From assembly GCA_032718475.1 (NCBI GenBank), contig JAUCBJ010000243.1:1-51637 (forward strand): a stretch of DNA of 51,637 nt, read 5' to 3'. The position numbers were made by a program, and so were the translations under genes. Numbering within the stretch: position 1 is the stretch's first letter; every line of letters begins with the position of its first letter. Shown one piece after another: positions 1 through 11,683 of this stretch. This stretch comes from Nemertoderma westbladi. Taxonomy: Eukaryota; Animalia; Xenacoelomorpha. The notes beneath the pieces were generated by a model. That model searched no databases. It had not been told where the DNA came from and saw only the letters and a list, made by a program, of their open reading frames with translations.

Positions 1-676
1 CAAGTCTCTGATCGGATGAGCATAAGCTCAAAGGATGGTATGCTTGAGCATGTGGACGACTTTCTGTTACCTGGGATCATGGATCCGGAAGTCAGGTGAG
101 CACCTTCGAATACGTAAGGGAAAGGCATGGGCAGCCTTGAATAGGCTTTCCAGGATTTGGAAGTCACCGAGAATTAATCGGAAACTTAAGGTCCGATTAT
201 TTAGAGCAGCAGTAGTTCCAGTTACTCCTCTACGGGAGTCCATGCTGGGCTCTAACTGCTGAGGACACCAAATCTCTGGATGGCACATTCACAAGAATGC
301 TACGCCGGGGTTCATTGCGTCAAGTACAATGCACACATCTCCAACCAGACTCTATATAACATTGGAGGTGTCTCATTGGTTCCCCCAAGCTTGACACTAG
401 AACAAAATCGCCTCCGCTTTGCAGGACATTGCTTTCGCCGTGAGGACCAGCCAGTGCATAATCTTGTACTTTGGCAGCCTCATGGAGTGAATAAGCATGG
501 TGGACAGCCCATGACTTTCTTGAGACGCATCTTAAAAGGACACTGGCCTTGAAGATGCGGATGATCTAGCAAATGCCATGGGTGATAGGGAGTTGTGGCG
601 GTGCACTTTTGTCGACAAGCCGGCACAGCATTCTTAAAAATGCAGCTGCGATGCAGCATGCCGATCCTAGTAGTAG
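1..676 (+). mobile_element. RTE-clade non-LTR retrotransposon, 3' part (RT C-terminus, 3' UTR, (TAG)n tail), frameshifted; runs off the window start
   Basis: FCYLGSWI..KAWAALNRLSRIWKS..KLKVRLFRAAVVP motifs; near-identical to the copies at 43896-44775 and 46869-47527; ends in cctagtagtag. Confidence 0.9.
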
Positions 677-720
677 CTATAGAGTTGGATAATCCTAAGT
701 CCTGTTTAAATTACTTAATA
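676..720 (+). repeat. Fragment of the tRNA-like tandem repeat family at 24466-25110
   Basis: gctatagagttggataatcctaagtcctgtttaaattacttaata matches 24760-24804 with one mismatch. Confidence 0.85.
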
Positions 721-778
721 AAAGACCAAGTTCTTTCATGCTATGTTTACATAATAGCAAAATGTCAATTTTGCTTAC

Positions 779-904
779 CTGTACATGAAACACCATCCCC
801 TTCATAGCCTGTATGGCATGCACAAGAGAATCCACCACCATAATTTATGCAGTCTGCATGCTGGCTGTGGCAATTATCAGTATTTTCAGAACATTCATCT
901 ATAT
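779..904 (-). CDS. Host gene exon, calcium-binding EGF type A (copy 1): [42 protein letters not shown]
   Basis: 126 bp, phase 1-1, ctgcag acceptor and gtaagc donor, 6 Cys, DxDEC and CxNxxxxF cbEGF consensus. Confidence 0.93.
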
Positions 905-941
905 CTGCAGCACAACATATTTACTAAGTTGTATTTAGAAA

Positions 942-1078
942 TAGGGTGTAAACGCTGTGATCGACAGAGTCGGCATAACGTTGTGCCGACAGGTTCGGCG
1001 TAATGTTGTGCCGACAGTGTCGGCGTTACGTTGTGCCGATAGTGCCAGCGTTACCTTATGCCGACAGTGTGGCGGGCT
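942..1078. repeat. About 5 copies of a ~25-bp self-complementary tandem repeat (gtcggcRTAACgttgtgccgacagt), probably the end of a MITE
   Basis: Head-to-tail units with internal gtcggc/gccgac inverted arms and no unique spacers. Confidence 0.7.
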
Positions 1079-1286
1079 GAAACCTAAATACAAATACGTA
1101 GTGTATTCTAAGTAAGTCAATAAGTAGTGTTTATTCGTATGGGCTATATAAAACTGTAACCTGTTCTATTGTGTTTAGTTTATTGTTTTGGTTAAAATAA
1201 CGTGCCCCTGTAAAATGCTCCTTTCCCTAAATTGAGAATTTAACATTGAGGCGGGATATTAATTCGCCAAAGTGGGATTTGCGTCC

Positions 1287-1319
<33 letters not shown>

Positions 1320-1498
1320 TATCTCCAGTTAGGAGTGCGTGAGTACAATTTTTTTAAGTTAATTTATTAATGATTTAGGAAGTGACTTGGCTTAAAACAG
1401 CTCCAATGTTGTATAATGATATATATGACTCGTCTTTAATTACTTTTGTATGTTGACTATCAGGTTCTACTTGCTACTTCGGTCGACATTCTACAAGG

Positions 1499-1520
1499 TT
1501 CTCATAACATTCATCAATGT
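1499..1520 (-). pseudogene. Truncated remnant of a type B EGF exon (DIDECYEN, then unrelated sequence and a stop)
   Basis: 1499-1730 aligns to 10480-10726 (exon B 5' end plus its upstream intron); the ttgcag acceptor is intact. Confidence 0.85.
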
Positions 1521-2437
1521 CTGCAACAACATTTCATTAAAATTAGAATGAACTATGAAGAATAGTAATCCCAATCATCCTACAAGACACTTGAGTTTGG
1601 AACATGCTGCTGATTGATTATAATCTTTGGTACATACAATAAATTGTTCTAATAGGTTAGTTTCTTATCAAACATTAGATAGCCTTAAACATTAGATAGC
1701 ATAGCATCTAAAGTTAAATAGATTGACTAAAGGCCGTTTTCCGCGCGGCTTTTTTTGAGCTTTTTTTCAAGCTTTTTCAGTTAAAACAATTTCTAGAAAT
1801 TAATCGCTTCAAGATGAATTTTCGAATACTAAAGCCTGAACTATAGAATGAAGCTCCAAAAAAGTTTGAAAAAAAGCTAAAAAAAATGCTAGAAAAAAAG
1901 CTCAAAAAAAGAAAAAGCTCAAAAAATGCTAGAAAAAAAAGCTTGAAAAAAGCTCAAAAAAAGCTGGGTCGAATTTTGAAAATATTACGATTATACGTAT
2001 AAATTAGTGTTGGTATATGATATGAATGTTCTAGAAATTAAATTGAATCTCGAATTTTAAACACAAACTGGTACTGGTACAGTATGCGCAGTTGTTCTAG
2101 AACAGCTATTTGTTTATAAAATAATGTTCTAGTTTCTAGAACAACAATTTTTATTCTGGAACATATTTTTAGAAAAGAACAAGGTTTGTGTTAAAATCTT
2201 ATGTGTTCGTTATATCAACAGAATTTATCATTATAATGATTCTTTAGAAAAATTATTTTATATATTTCATACACGTTTTATAACATTAATTTTTTCAAAA
2301 TAAAATAGCTAACATGATCTGTACTTTAAAAAAAAATTAATTATGAAAAACTAGGTAGTAGATTAAATTTGGTGGGTGGTGTACGCATACCGTACCAGTA
2401 CCCTCAAACTTTCGTAGTCCTATGTAAACATTGAATA

Positions 2438-2678
2438 GGGTGAGTACAAAACAAAGACGAAAGTTAACACATGTTACAAGATTAAGTACAAGTGTAGCCC
2501 GTGTCACCATTATTTTGTTTTTTTTAATAGCTGTTTTTGCTAATTGATTTATGTAGACAAGTTATTTTACCAAAAACAACTATTACAGTAAGAAAGGCAG
2601 AATAATGGTAACACGGGCTACACTAGTACTCATGATAATGCAGGTCTTTATAATTGGGTCTTTGTTTTGTACTCACCC
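2438..2678. mobile_element. 241-bp MITE nested in the Harbinger element
   Basis: Imperfect TIRs of ~90 bp, gggtgagtacaaaacaaagac...gtctttgttttgtactcaccc; TSD attgaata at 2430-2437 and 2679-2686. Confidence 0.85.
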
Positions 2679-2718
2679 ATTGAATAGGCCAAACACTGTA
2701 TAACACTTTGAAGCAAAG

Positions 2719-3060
2719 ATGGCTACCGAAACAGGAAAAGATTGGACAACAGACTGCAAAATTAAATTAGCTGAAGAGTTAGATAACTTTCCTAATTTGT
2801 GGAGAATATCACATCCCCAATATATGAAAGAACCTTACCAAAACCGATCTTACAATATCATCATAGAAATTCTTGGAGGCGAGTTTTCTCGGGAAGACAT
2901 AAAAGTACAAATTAAAAATCTAAGTGACTATTTGAGAGGGCAAATGGTTAAGTTGAAAAAGGGTAAATTCACTGGCTCGGAAGTTGGAGAAGAACAACAA
3001 AGCGGTTGGTTTTTGTACAACCACCTGAAATACATGGAGTCAGGTTTTCAAAACAGTTAG
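2719..3060 (+). CDS. MADF (Myb/SANT-like) DNA-binding protein of the Harbinger element; probably degenerate, with a BESS-like tail in a separate frame near 3290-3390
   Basis: WT..C..KL.E..DNFPNLW...HPQY....KVQIKNL....R......W.LY..LKYM is the MADF pattern. Confidence 0.8.
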   Translation: MATETGKDWTTDCKIKLAEELDNFPNLWRISHPQYMKEPYQNRSYNIIIEILGGEFSREDIKVQIKNLSDYLRGQMVKLKKGKFTGSEVGEEQQSGWFLYNHLKYMESGFQNS

Positions 3061-3389
3061 CAATATTTCCGGAAGTCAAAATGAAAATATTACGCCATCT
3101 AATGTTCAGTCAGAGAATCACAGTGTCACACCAACCCCTCCTAAAAAGTCCCATTGAAACGGCCGCGAAATTCAGTTTCAAATTCAGGATGTAATAACAG
3201 TTCTGAAAGAGCAAGGAGAAAATACACAAAGCCTTTTAAAATCTTATATTGATTCCGATTACAAAACAAAATCAATTTGGTCTCCTTTTTTGGAAGACCT
3301 TCAAGGTAACCAAGATCAAATTTACGTTGACGACCATTTCCGCAGAAATCGATTGAAGTTTAAGATTAAAAAGTTGATAGAAGATGTGT

Positions 3390-6100
3390 ATGGGATGATT
3401 GAATGTCTAGTCCAGGTGGGCGGTAGACCACCCCAACAATTATGTTTTTCGATTTGGCCTGTGGGATTTCTACAAATAAAATTTGTGCATCCTAGTCATT
3501 CGATCTTTTGATGTTTAGGTCTCTTCTCTGTATTGCTGACATATTTTTGTCAACATAGAGAGAAATTCCACCACCAACCACTCTCTTTCGTTCTGCTTTT
3601 AAAAAAAGCATCATAACCAAATATGTTAAATTTAGTCGTATCGTATTTGTTTTCATCTATCCAAGTTTCAGACAGACCTATGATATAGAACCTGTCTTTA
3701 ATTTGGTCTAAGAAAGAAAGTGTTTGATCGAAATTTGCATTTAGACTATGTGAGTTGAAATGTATTAATGAAAGTTTGTTAGGCTGCACAATATTAAATT
3801 TTGAGTTAAAATCGTCATAAAAATGATAATTACAGTTACGAATAGCTGAAAGATCAGAGTGAAGGTTTGAGTCAGGAAAGTTGTTATCAATATCCAAGCC
3901 TGTCGAAGTGGTATTGTATGGTTTAAATAGCATACTATCAAGTGCTTCGATATTAAGTGCTGAAGGAATTCTATAATCCACTAGTGTTAATTTGAATTCG
4001 TCATTATCATGTATCCATAAAAAAAGGCAGGTTGGCGGCTAGACATTCCGGACAGTAGCAATTGAGATTTGATTTCTGAAAATATCTATAATCTGTTGTG
4101 TTTAGAGATGGAGTAAAGTATTTCGTGTGATACCATTGTAGGCAGATGTCACAGCAGAGAGCTGCATGGTTTTTCCCCACTGAAATGTGACAGGTCCCAC
4201 ATGGATATTTTTTGAATTTCGCATTTGATGGCAAAATTGACCCGGTGGATCCTGTAAAGTTAGGTTGTACTGCCATAATAATTAAGATAGCTTAAAAAAA
4301 ATAAAAGAAAGTAAATAAAATAACGACAAAATATACATACAAAATACAATACATACAGTACACATACATCCCCATACCACACCCCCCCCCCCCCCCCCCC
4401 ACCCCCACTCCCAAATACACATTTAACACCACAGAAAACTAATATACTAAACACAAACATAACAATATACTGCACAATCCACAATGAACATGCAAGCCAT
4501 CTAAAAAAAGCACGACTATGTGTATAAGATTGAATCTGGTAACTGGCATATCTACTATTTTCTACAATAGAAGGTATTATGATACATCTAATTTGTAATC
4601 TAAAAGGTAATTTAAAATTTACAATTACGTAGAATAAGATATTTTAATAATAGCAATTGAGTATGCAAGACATATGGATGATTATCGCATTAGGTCGATT
4701 TATTAGTTATTGTCTGACCACTGTAAACCTATGATATAAAACTGGATAAATTTACATCTATAGGATAGAAGTAAGAAATAATGTAAAAAATTATATTGCT
4801 ATTGATGCCAATTGCCTGACTGGGTTGCATAGTAACCGGGTACAGGCATGTAAGGATTATTTTGCGACATAGAGAAATGTTGAGGTGGCGTAGCGAAACC
4901 ATCGACATTAAAATGATTGGTAGCGGGTATTACTCCTCTAGTGATGAAAGGCGAGTGGATACTGTCGGAAGCGAATTGGGGTTTGGAGTGGAACCGATTT
5001 CCACTATTGGCAACACCAGGGCGCCATTGAGGTGATGGACCCCTCCTGGACGGAGTAGCGATGGACTTTGCAAGATGTTTGTTTGCAGTTGTAACCTTTT
5101 CAGAAATAGAATCTGGCTTTGTACAGTATGACTCATAGAGGATTCTAGGTGATGTATATCTTCCATAGATCGTATCACAATTGCATCTTTGTCCTTCGAT
5201 TTACGGAGGAAAGATGTCCCCAGACGAGTCCAACAGAAACTGAACTCATGCTTTTTACTTGAATAATAGAGCAGCATTAAGAATCTTCTTGTTCGTGTCA
5301 CTTAAATCCTCGTTTATGTATATCTTTGACCCTTGTTGTCCAGTTGGTAGATCTATTGGATTAGTAAACAAATGACATCGGTTTATCATCAGATTATTTC
5401 GAGTTTTACGGTTAACAAACCTGTAATTTACAGAACGTGGTCATGTAGCTCTCGGATTATTGTGATTTTTGGGTTCAATGACGGCGGAGCCAATGCGGTG
5501 GCAGTTTTCATGCGATTTCAGACGCAGCAATGTCAAACCCTACCTTTTCTCCTATATCAATCACAAGACGCTCAAGGTTATCCCAGTCAATTTCTTTCGG
5601 AATCCCATTAATTATAAGGTTGTTATTGCGCGAATGCTGCTCCAGTTTGTTGACTGAGCCTGAAAGCATGGATACTTCCAATTCAAGTTGATTGACTTTA
5701 ACTTTTAGTGTGTTATTCTCTGCTGACAGAGTGGTGATGACTGTACGGAATTCGTCATACTTTTCGGCAAGGAAATCCTGACTACGTTCGATGTCTGTGA
5801 GTTTATTTGTAATGGAATTTAGAGTCAATGAGTGCGCTTCTAAGGGTTCTTTAATTGATGAGAGTTCCTGGTGGATGTAATCCTTGAGCGAGGTTATATT
5901 ATCTTTGACATCATCAGGTTGTGTTGTCGACTGTCTTGTTGGTGTCCGGTACTGGGTTTGGGGCTGGACCGGGGAAATAAAACTATTGGTAGTAGATTGG
6001 TTCACCATGGGATCGCCATTGTTGAATGAGTCAGTGGGGAGTTTGGGATTTTCTTTCTGGGGTTTTGATTTTCTGTTTTTTTTGTCATTGTATACTTAGT
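3390..6100 (-). mobile_element. CR1/L2-group LINE, 5' half: ORF1 (~5100-6088) and ORF2 start with PHD finger (4007-4276) and APE endonuclease (~3390-3981); decayed, RT absent
   Basis: ORF1 coiled coil plus LEQHSRNNNLIINGIP and IYINEDL..FCWTR; C-x2-C..CCDICLQWYH..CPEC PHD finger; LIHFN..SL, IIGLSETW and VGVVYRPP APE motifs. Confidence 0.85.
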
Positions 6101-6761
6101 TTTTATGTATGCGCTGATCAAGTTCACGAATCAACCATTATTGCAATATTGGGTAGCAGTATTCAGTGCAGTACAGAATAATGTTCTACATTATTATTTA
6201 CCATGCAATAAATAATTATTGATTAGGATTAATGAAAATGTACTACTAACCTCTTTACGAAGTGAAGGAATTAGACTTGACGAGAATGATAGTGACTTAT
6301 GTAACATCCATTTTCGTCTCAGATTTCGAGGTACATTGGTAGCTAATGATACACCACTTGCTCCTAATGCAGCTAGATAATAGCTCACCCACAGTGATGT
6401 CAATAATTTGAGGCACTTCTTAGTGCGCATAATTCAATTTTTGGGATGAAATTGCTTTAAATTAAGTGTGCAAGTAAGTGTGCAGTAAGTAATTAAATAA
6501 ACTGTACTAGCCATCTCAGTTAAAAATAACAACTAAATGAGACCAATGATCTAATTCTAGAACATTCATATTATATCTCAATTTTAACTGAAAGTTAGAA
6601 AAGGCAAAACAATCTTGAAAAAAAGCTCAAAAAAAGCTAGAGAAAAAGCTCAAAAAAAAGCTTAAAAAAAACTCAGAATACCTCACATAAAAAAGCAGCG
6701 CGGAAACGGGCCTTCAGGGCTTAAAGATAAATCATATGTGAAAATATATTAGTTACATTAC

Positions 6762-6887
6762 CTGTACATGATACACCATCCCCTGAATAGCCTCCATGGC
6801 AGGAGCAAGTGAATCCTCCATCAGTATTTGTACAGTCAGCATGATTGTTGTGGCAATCATCAATATTTCCAGAACATTCATCTATGT
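6762..6887 (-). CDS. Host gene exon, cbEGF type C (copy 1): [42 protein letters not shown]
   Basis: 126 bp, phase 1-1, tttacag / gtaatg splice sites, cbEGF consensus. Confidence 0.93.
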
Positions 6888-6944
6888 CTGTAAACATGCA
6901 TTACAATAATGAAAAGAAACAATTTAGTTTTCGTGATATATCCT

Positions 6945-7020
6945 TATATTATATATATACACATATATATATATATCTATATCCTATATATCCTATCTAT
7001 ATCTATATATATATCTATAT
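6945..7020. repeat. (TA)n/(TATC)n microsatellite
   Basis: Visible dinucleotide run, much shorter in the paralogous intron at 10955-10978. Confidence 0.8.
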
Positions 7021-7049
7021 CCTAACAGCAAAATGTTCATTTTGCTTAC

Positions 7050-7175
7050 CTGTACATGAAACACCATCCCCTTCATAGCCTGTATGGCATGCACAAGAGA
7101 ACCCACCGCCATAATTTATGCAGTCTGCATGCTGGCTGTGGCAATTATCAGCATTTTCAGAACATTCATCTATAT
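7050..7175 (-). CDS. Host gene exon, cbEGF type A (copy 2): [42 protein letters not shown]
   Basis: 126 bp, phase 1-1, ctgcag / gtaagc splice sites. Confidence 0.93.
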
Positions 7176-7748
7176 CTGCAGCACAACAGTTCATTAAGTA
7201 TTAATATTATTTTATTAGTATTTTACTTACAAATGATTGTTTAGCATAACATTAAATAATAATAGTAATAATCACATTTCAACTTTATGCTACTTGTATG
7301 TTCAATTTTCAAATTAACTAACTTGTCATTTTGGAACATCTATACAACATGATCCATTATCATGGTCTGTAGAATAAAATTCATTACAATGACAAGAAAC
7401 AATTTAGTTTACATAATATTTACTTATCAAGCATTGTATACTATGTATGGTATGGTGGCCCACCAGTGCCACATTTTTTAATAAAACAATATTTAATCTA
7501 AAATAAAAGTTAATGTTAATTAATGTAATTAAGATTATTATGGACAAAATCAAAAGTCGAAAACTATAAATCAAAAATTAGAAAGTCCTAAATCAGAAAT
7601 CGAAAATAGCAATTCGAAAATCATGTTTGAATTTCCCACTTGTGCCACTGGACCAAGAGTGCCACGAAAGAGAGTGACAAATTAAATATTGCAATATTAA
7701 TTCTGTAATATCCCTTTTATCCTATACTTCAATCTGCTGTCTGCAGCA

Positions 7749-8127
7749 CTACTACTACTACTATAATCAGCCTGCTGCTTTGAAACTGCACATAATGGAA
7801 ACTTTCAATGTTTAACCAAACATTGAAAACTATGCCGGCTTAACAAAAACATTTTGTCACCACCATGTAATTCACAATTGGCAAGCCTAATGCAGTGTGC
7901 ATTAAGAATGCTATGCCGGCTTATCAACAAAGTTGCACTGCCACAATTCCATATCCCCATGTCTTTCGTGAGATTATCCGCATTTTCAAGGACAGTGTCC
8001 TTTAATAGAAGTCTCAAGAAAGTCATGGCCTGTCCACCATGCTTATTTTCTCCATTGGGCTGTCAAAGCACAAGATTGTGCACAGGCTGGTCCTCTCGGT
8101 GAAAACAATGTCCTGCAAAGCGGAGGC
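7749..8127 (-). mobile_element. Diverged RTE subfamily, 3' fragment with (TAG)n tail
   Basis: RLRFAGHCFHREDQPVHNLVL..MTFLRLLLKDT is homologous to the other RTE copies; ctactactactacta tail. Confidence 0.8.
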
Positions 8128-8139
8128 TAAAGCGGAGGT

Positions 8140-8670
8140 AATCCCCAATCCCCTATTAACCATAAACCTTATTCTAAATTTCTAGGGGTTCTAGTAGATG
8201 ACAACCTAAACTGGAAACCTCACATAAAACATATATCTATAATCTCTACACCCCTACGTATAAAAGTTAAACTCCTCCTCTGTATTAGCTTCTCACACTA
8301 CCAATCTTCCTCTAACCCAATCAATAAGTCTCTAGGCGTTCTACCTAATGACCTTCTCTGCTCTATAAGCAACAAGTAGGTTCCCTTATGTATGACGTAA
8401 ACGCTAATTTATTTAAAACAGAGTCTACTTTAGGCTCTCTATTTACTAAAATATCCAGTGTACACAGTTACCCTTACCCGCCTTGCTACTAACGCTGGTT
8501 GCTCTATCCCGAGAGTACGTTTAACCTCCTCCCAAGCATCCATTAACTTTCAAGGCCCTTCGATTTGGAACACGTTACCATCAAAATTAAAATCCTCAAA
8601 ATCAAAAAACTATTTTTCCACAGCATACAAATTACACTTATTAACAACTATTCGTCTTTATTCGTAGTCA
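8140..8670 (+). mobile_element. CR1/L2-type LINE, 3' remnant
   Basis: KFLGVLVDDNLNWKPHI and SINFQGPSIWNTLP motifs. Confidence 0.75.
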
Positions 8671-8779
8671 TTTTTATACTATAGCCGAACCCGCAATATC
8701 CCAATCCCAAATATAATTTGTAACATCTCTTTTTTTATTTACACCTGTTTTTTGGTGTTTACAATTATATGGAATTCAT

Positions 8780-10122
8780 ATAAATAAATTTAGAAATTTC
8801 AAACTTGTTTTTTTCGGCGGGTGCCAATTTTGGTGCCAGCACCAAATTTTGAAATATGTCGATTTTGTAAATTGATTGTGTGAACCTGTTTTTGGCGCAA
8901 TATGGATTTTTTGGGGTTCTGATTTCGATGGAATATATACGAGTTGCACCAGGCGTATCAAACTTGTATTTATCGGCGCTGTGTGCAAAATTTGGTGCCA
9001 GCATCAAATTTTGAAAATCCATTCAATAGTTCAATTGCTTGTGACAACTTATTTCTCGAGTTTTAGAGGTTTATGGCGGTTCTGAACTCAATGGAATAAA
9101 TAATTATCTAACTAGACATTTCAAACTTGTATTTTTCGGAAGTGGGTGCAAAATTTTGTGCTAGCACCAAATCTTAAAAACCATCAAATATATCAATTGA
9201 ATGTGTAACCCTGTTTCTTGCGTTATACGGGTTTGTGGGGGTTCTGAATTCAATGGAATAAGTGAAAATTGCATATGAGTTTTCAAACTTGTATGTTTTG
9301 CCGGTGGGTGAAAATTGTTGTGCCAGCAACAAATTTTTGAAAATAAGCAAATTGAATGGGAGAATCTTTTAGGCTCGTTAAGCCAAGGAATGCCTGTTCA
9401 CCACCATGGGTGATCTTCCACAGTAAACCCTTCCACTCTGTAAGCAAATTGATCAAAAGATAGTATCGTCTTGATTCTTGCGTTATAGGGTTTATGTGGG
9501 TCCTGAATCCGATGTAATCAATAAAACCGCACTGGACATCTCAAACTTGTACTTTTTGGTGATGGGTACGAAATTTGGTGCTAGCACCAAAATTAGCCAT
9601 ATTACGCCGAAAAATACGATTAGCAATGATATGGCAAATTAGAAATCGATTCCATTAGAATCAGCGCCAAAGAAAACCTAAAATTGTGAATTTGTAGCAT
9701 CGTATAAGTGAATTAAAAATGTTGTGTTCAAACTGAAAAGTGCTAGTTACTTGTTTTTTTCATTTTTTGCCTACGTAGAGGACTAAAACAGCCATTTACA
9801 CTAATCAGAATATTTTAAAATATTTTCCAATGGATTTTTCGCACCAGAAAACCTCTATTGAAAAACAATTAGCCAAAAATTTTAACTTTCAAATTTTATG
9901 AAAATTGTTCCCTACTTGTAATTTTGGTGCTGCAAAATAACCACCCCAGTAGTTCAGGATCGGATCGGATCCGGACGGATTCAAACTAATGAAATCTACG
10001 TACAAACAAAAAATCAGTCGTTTCCGTTAAAATTTGTAGATTTTAGAAGGGGGTGAGGGAGTCAATATGACCCCCCCCCCCCCCCCCCCGGTATTTGTAC
10101 AACATTTTATAGCCCGGTACTA
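8780..10122. repeat. Non-autonomous element with about 5 diverged ~160-bp internal tandem units and a poly-C-containing end
   Basis: tcaaacttg...aaatttggtgccagcaccaaattttg recurs at about 8799, 8958, 9121, 9283 and 9541. Confidence 0.65.
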
Positions 10123-10378
10123 AATCCACCATCACAGTGAAAGTACACGATTGTACCCAGCCTTTATGACGAACTTTATGAACGGTACTGAGTTTATTTG
10201 ATTTCAAGAATTATTTTTTACTCCAACTTACAATTGTCTATACCAGATCCAAATACCACCTTATTTTATACCATTTTACAGCCAGTATTAATAAGGTTTT
10301 AAATATAAAGTATAAATGTTATGAAATTAGCAATAAATGAAGTATTTCTTTAATGTAAAATCTATTTGTTTTCCTTAC

Positions 10379-10501
10379 CTGTACATGAAACACCATCCCC
10401 GGAGTAACCTGTTCTGCAAGAGCACGAGAATCCACCATCCGTATTAGTACAGTCTGCATTTTCGTGGCAATCATTAGTATTCTCAGAACATTCATCAATG
10501 T
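10379..10501 (-). CDS. Host gene exon, cbEGF type B: [41 protein letters not shown]
   Basis: 123 bp, phase 1-1, ctgcag / gtaagg splice sites. Confidence 0.93.
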
Positions 10502-10771
10502 CTGCAGCAACACAACAACATTTCATTAAAATTAGAATGAACTATGAATATAGTAATCACCAATCACCATCCCCCTCTAAAACACCTACAGAGTTTGGGA
10601 TCAGGCTTTTGATTTATTATAATCTTTAGGTACCATAAATTGTTCTGATAGGTTAGTTTCTTACCAAACATTAGATTGCCTTAAACATTAGATAGCATAG
10701 CATCTAAAGTTAAATAGATTCAATCAGGGGTTAAAGATAAATCATATATGAAAATATATTAGTTACATTAC

Positions 10772-10897
10772 CTGTACATGATACACCATCCCCTGAATAG
10801 CCTCCATGGCAGGAGCAAGTGAATCCTCCATCAGTATTTGTACAGTCAGCATGATTGTTATGGCAATCATCAATATTTCCAGAACATTCATCTATGT
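10772..10897 (-). CDS. Host gene exon, cbEGF type C (copy 2)
   Basis: 126 bp; one synonymous difference from 6762-6887; canonical splice sites. Confidence 0.93.
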
Positions 10898-11007
10898 CTG
10901 TAAACATGCATTTCAATAATGAAAAGAAACAATTTAGTTTTCGTGATATATCCTTATATTATATATATATGTCTACATCCTAACAGCAAAATGTTCATTT
11001 TGCTTAC

Positions 11008-11133
11008 CTGTACATGAAACACCATCCCCTTCATAGCCTGTATGGCATGCACAAGAGAACCCACCGCCATAATTTATGCAGTCTGCATGCTGGCTGTGGC
11101 AATTATCAGCATTTTCAGAACATTCATCTATAT
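11008..11133 (-). CDS. Host gene exon, cbEGF type A (copy 3)
   Basis: 126 bp; identical by eye to 7050-7175; canonical splice sites. Confidence 0.93.
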
Positions 11134-11683
11134 CTGCAGCACAACAGTTCAATAAATATTAATATTAAAATGAACATGTATTTTACTTACAAATGATTGT
11201 TTAGCATAACATTAAATAATAATAGTAATAATCCCATTGAAACTTCATGCTACTTGTATGTTCTAAATTCAAATAAACTAACTTGTCATTTTGGAACATC
11301 TATACATACAATGGATCATGATGGACTTGGTTTTAGGCATTTTACCAATTATTATATAATATAATAATAATTATAATAATACTTTTACAATAACGGTTTC
11401 ACTCCATTTCCTGTACCTGGTTTTTAATGCGGCATTACATAATAGTTAGTATCTAATAGTTAAAACGGGTTGTGTTGTTGTGAGGTCATTGTACTTGAAT
11501 TTCCCTCTAGAATAATAATAAGAAGCTTAGCATCCACGACAAGTCGCGGCTGAAATAATAAAGTCACGATTTTAATAATAAGTTGTGACTTTAATCCATA
11601 CCCGTAATAAAGGCATAAGTATAATTAAATAAGCGCAGTCTTTGTTCTGTTTGGAGAAGTGGGCAAAGGGGGTGGGTGTTGAG

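Larger units (their letters stand above)
1731..6713. mobile_element. PIF/Harbinger-type DNA transposon, internally rearranged
   Basis: TIRs aggccgttttccgcgc / gcgcggaaacgggcct; 3-bp TSD taa/tca; the paralogous empty site gattcaa-tca-gggg is at about 10717-10730; A-rich subterminal repeats; encodes a MADF protein. Confidence 0.85.

Noticed and set aside
942-1078. Palindromic 25-bp repeats as a CRISPR array (also 25670-25860 and 26764-26970)
   Set aside because: The units are contiguous with no unique spacers, there are no cas genes, and the context is eukaryotic.
785-11196. Repeated plus-strand ORFs starting MKHHPLHSLYGMHKR
   Set aside because: They are antisense shadows of the type A EGF exons.
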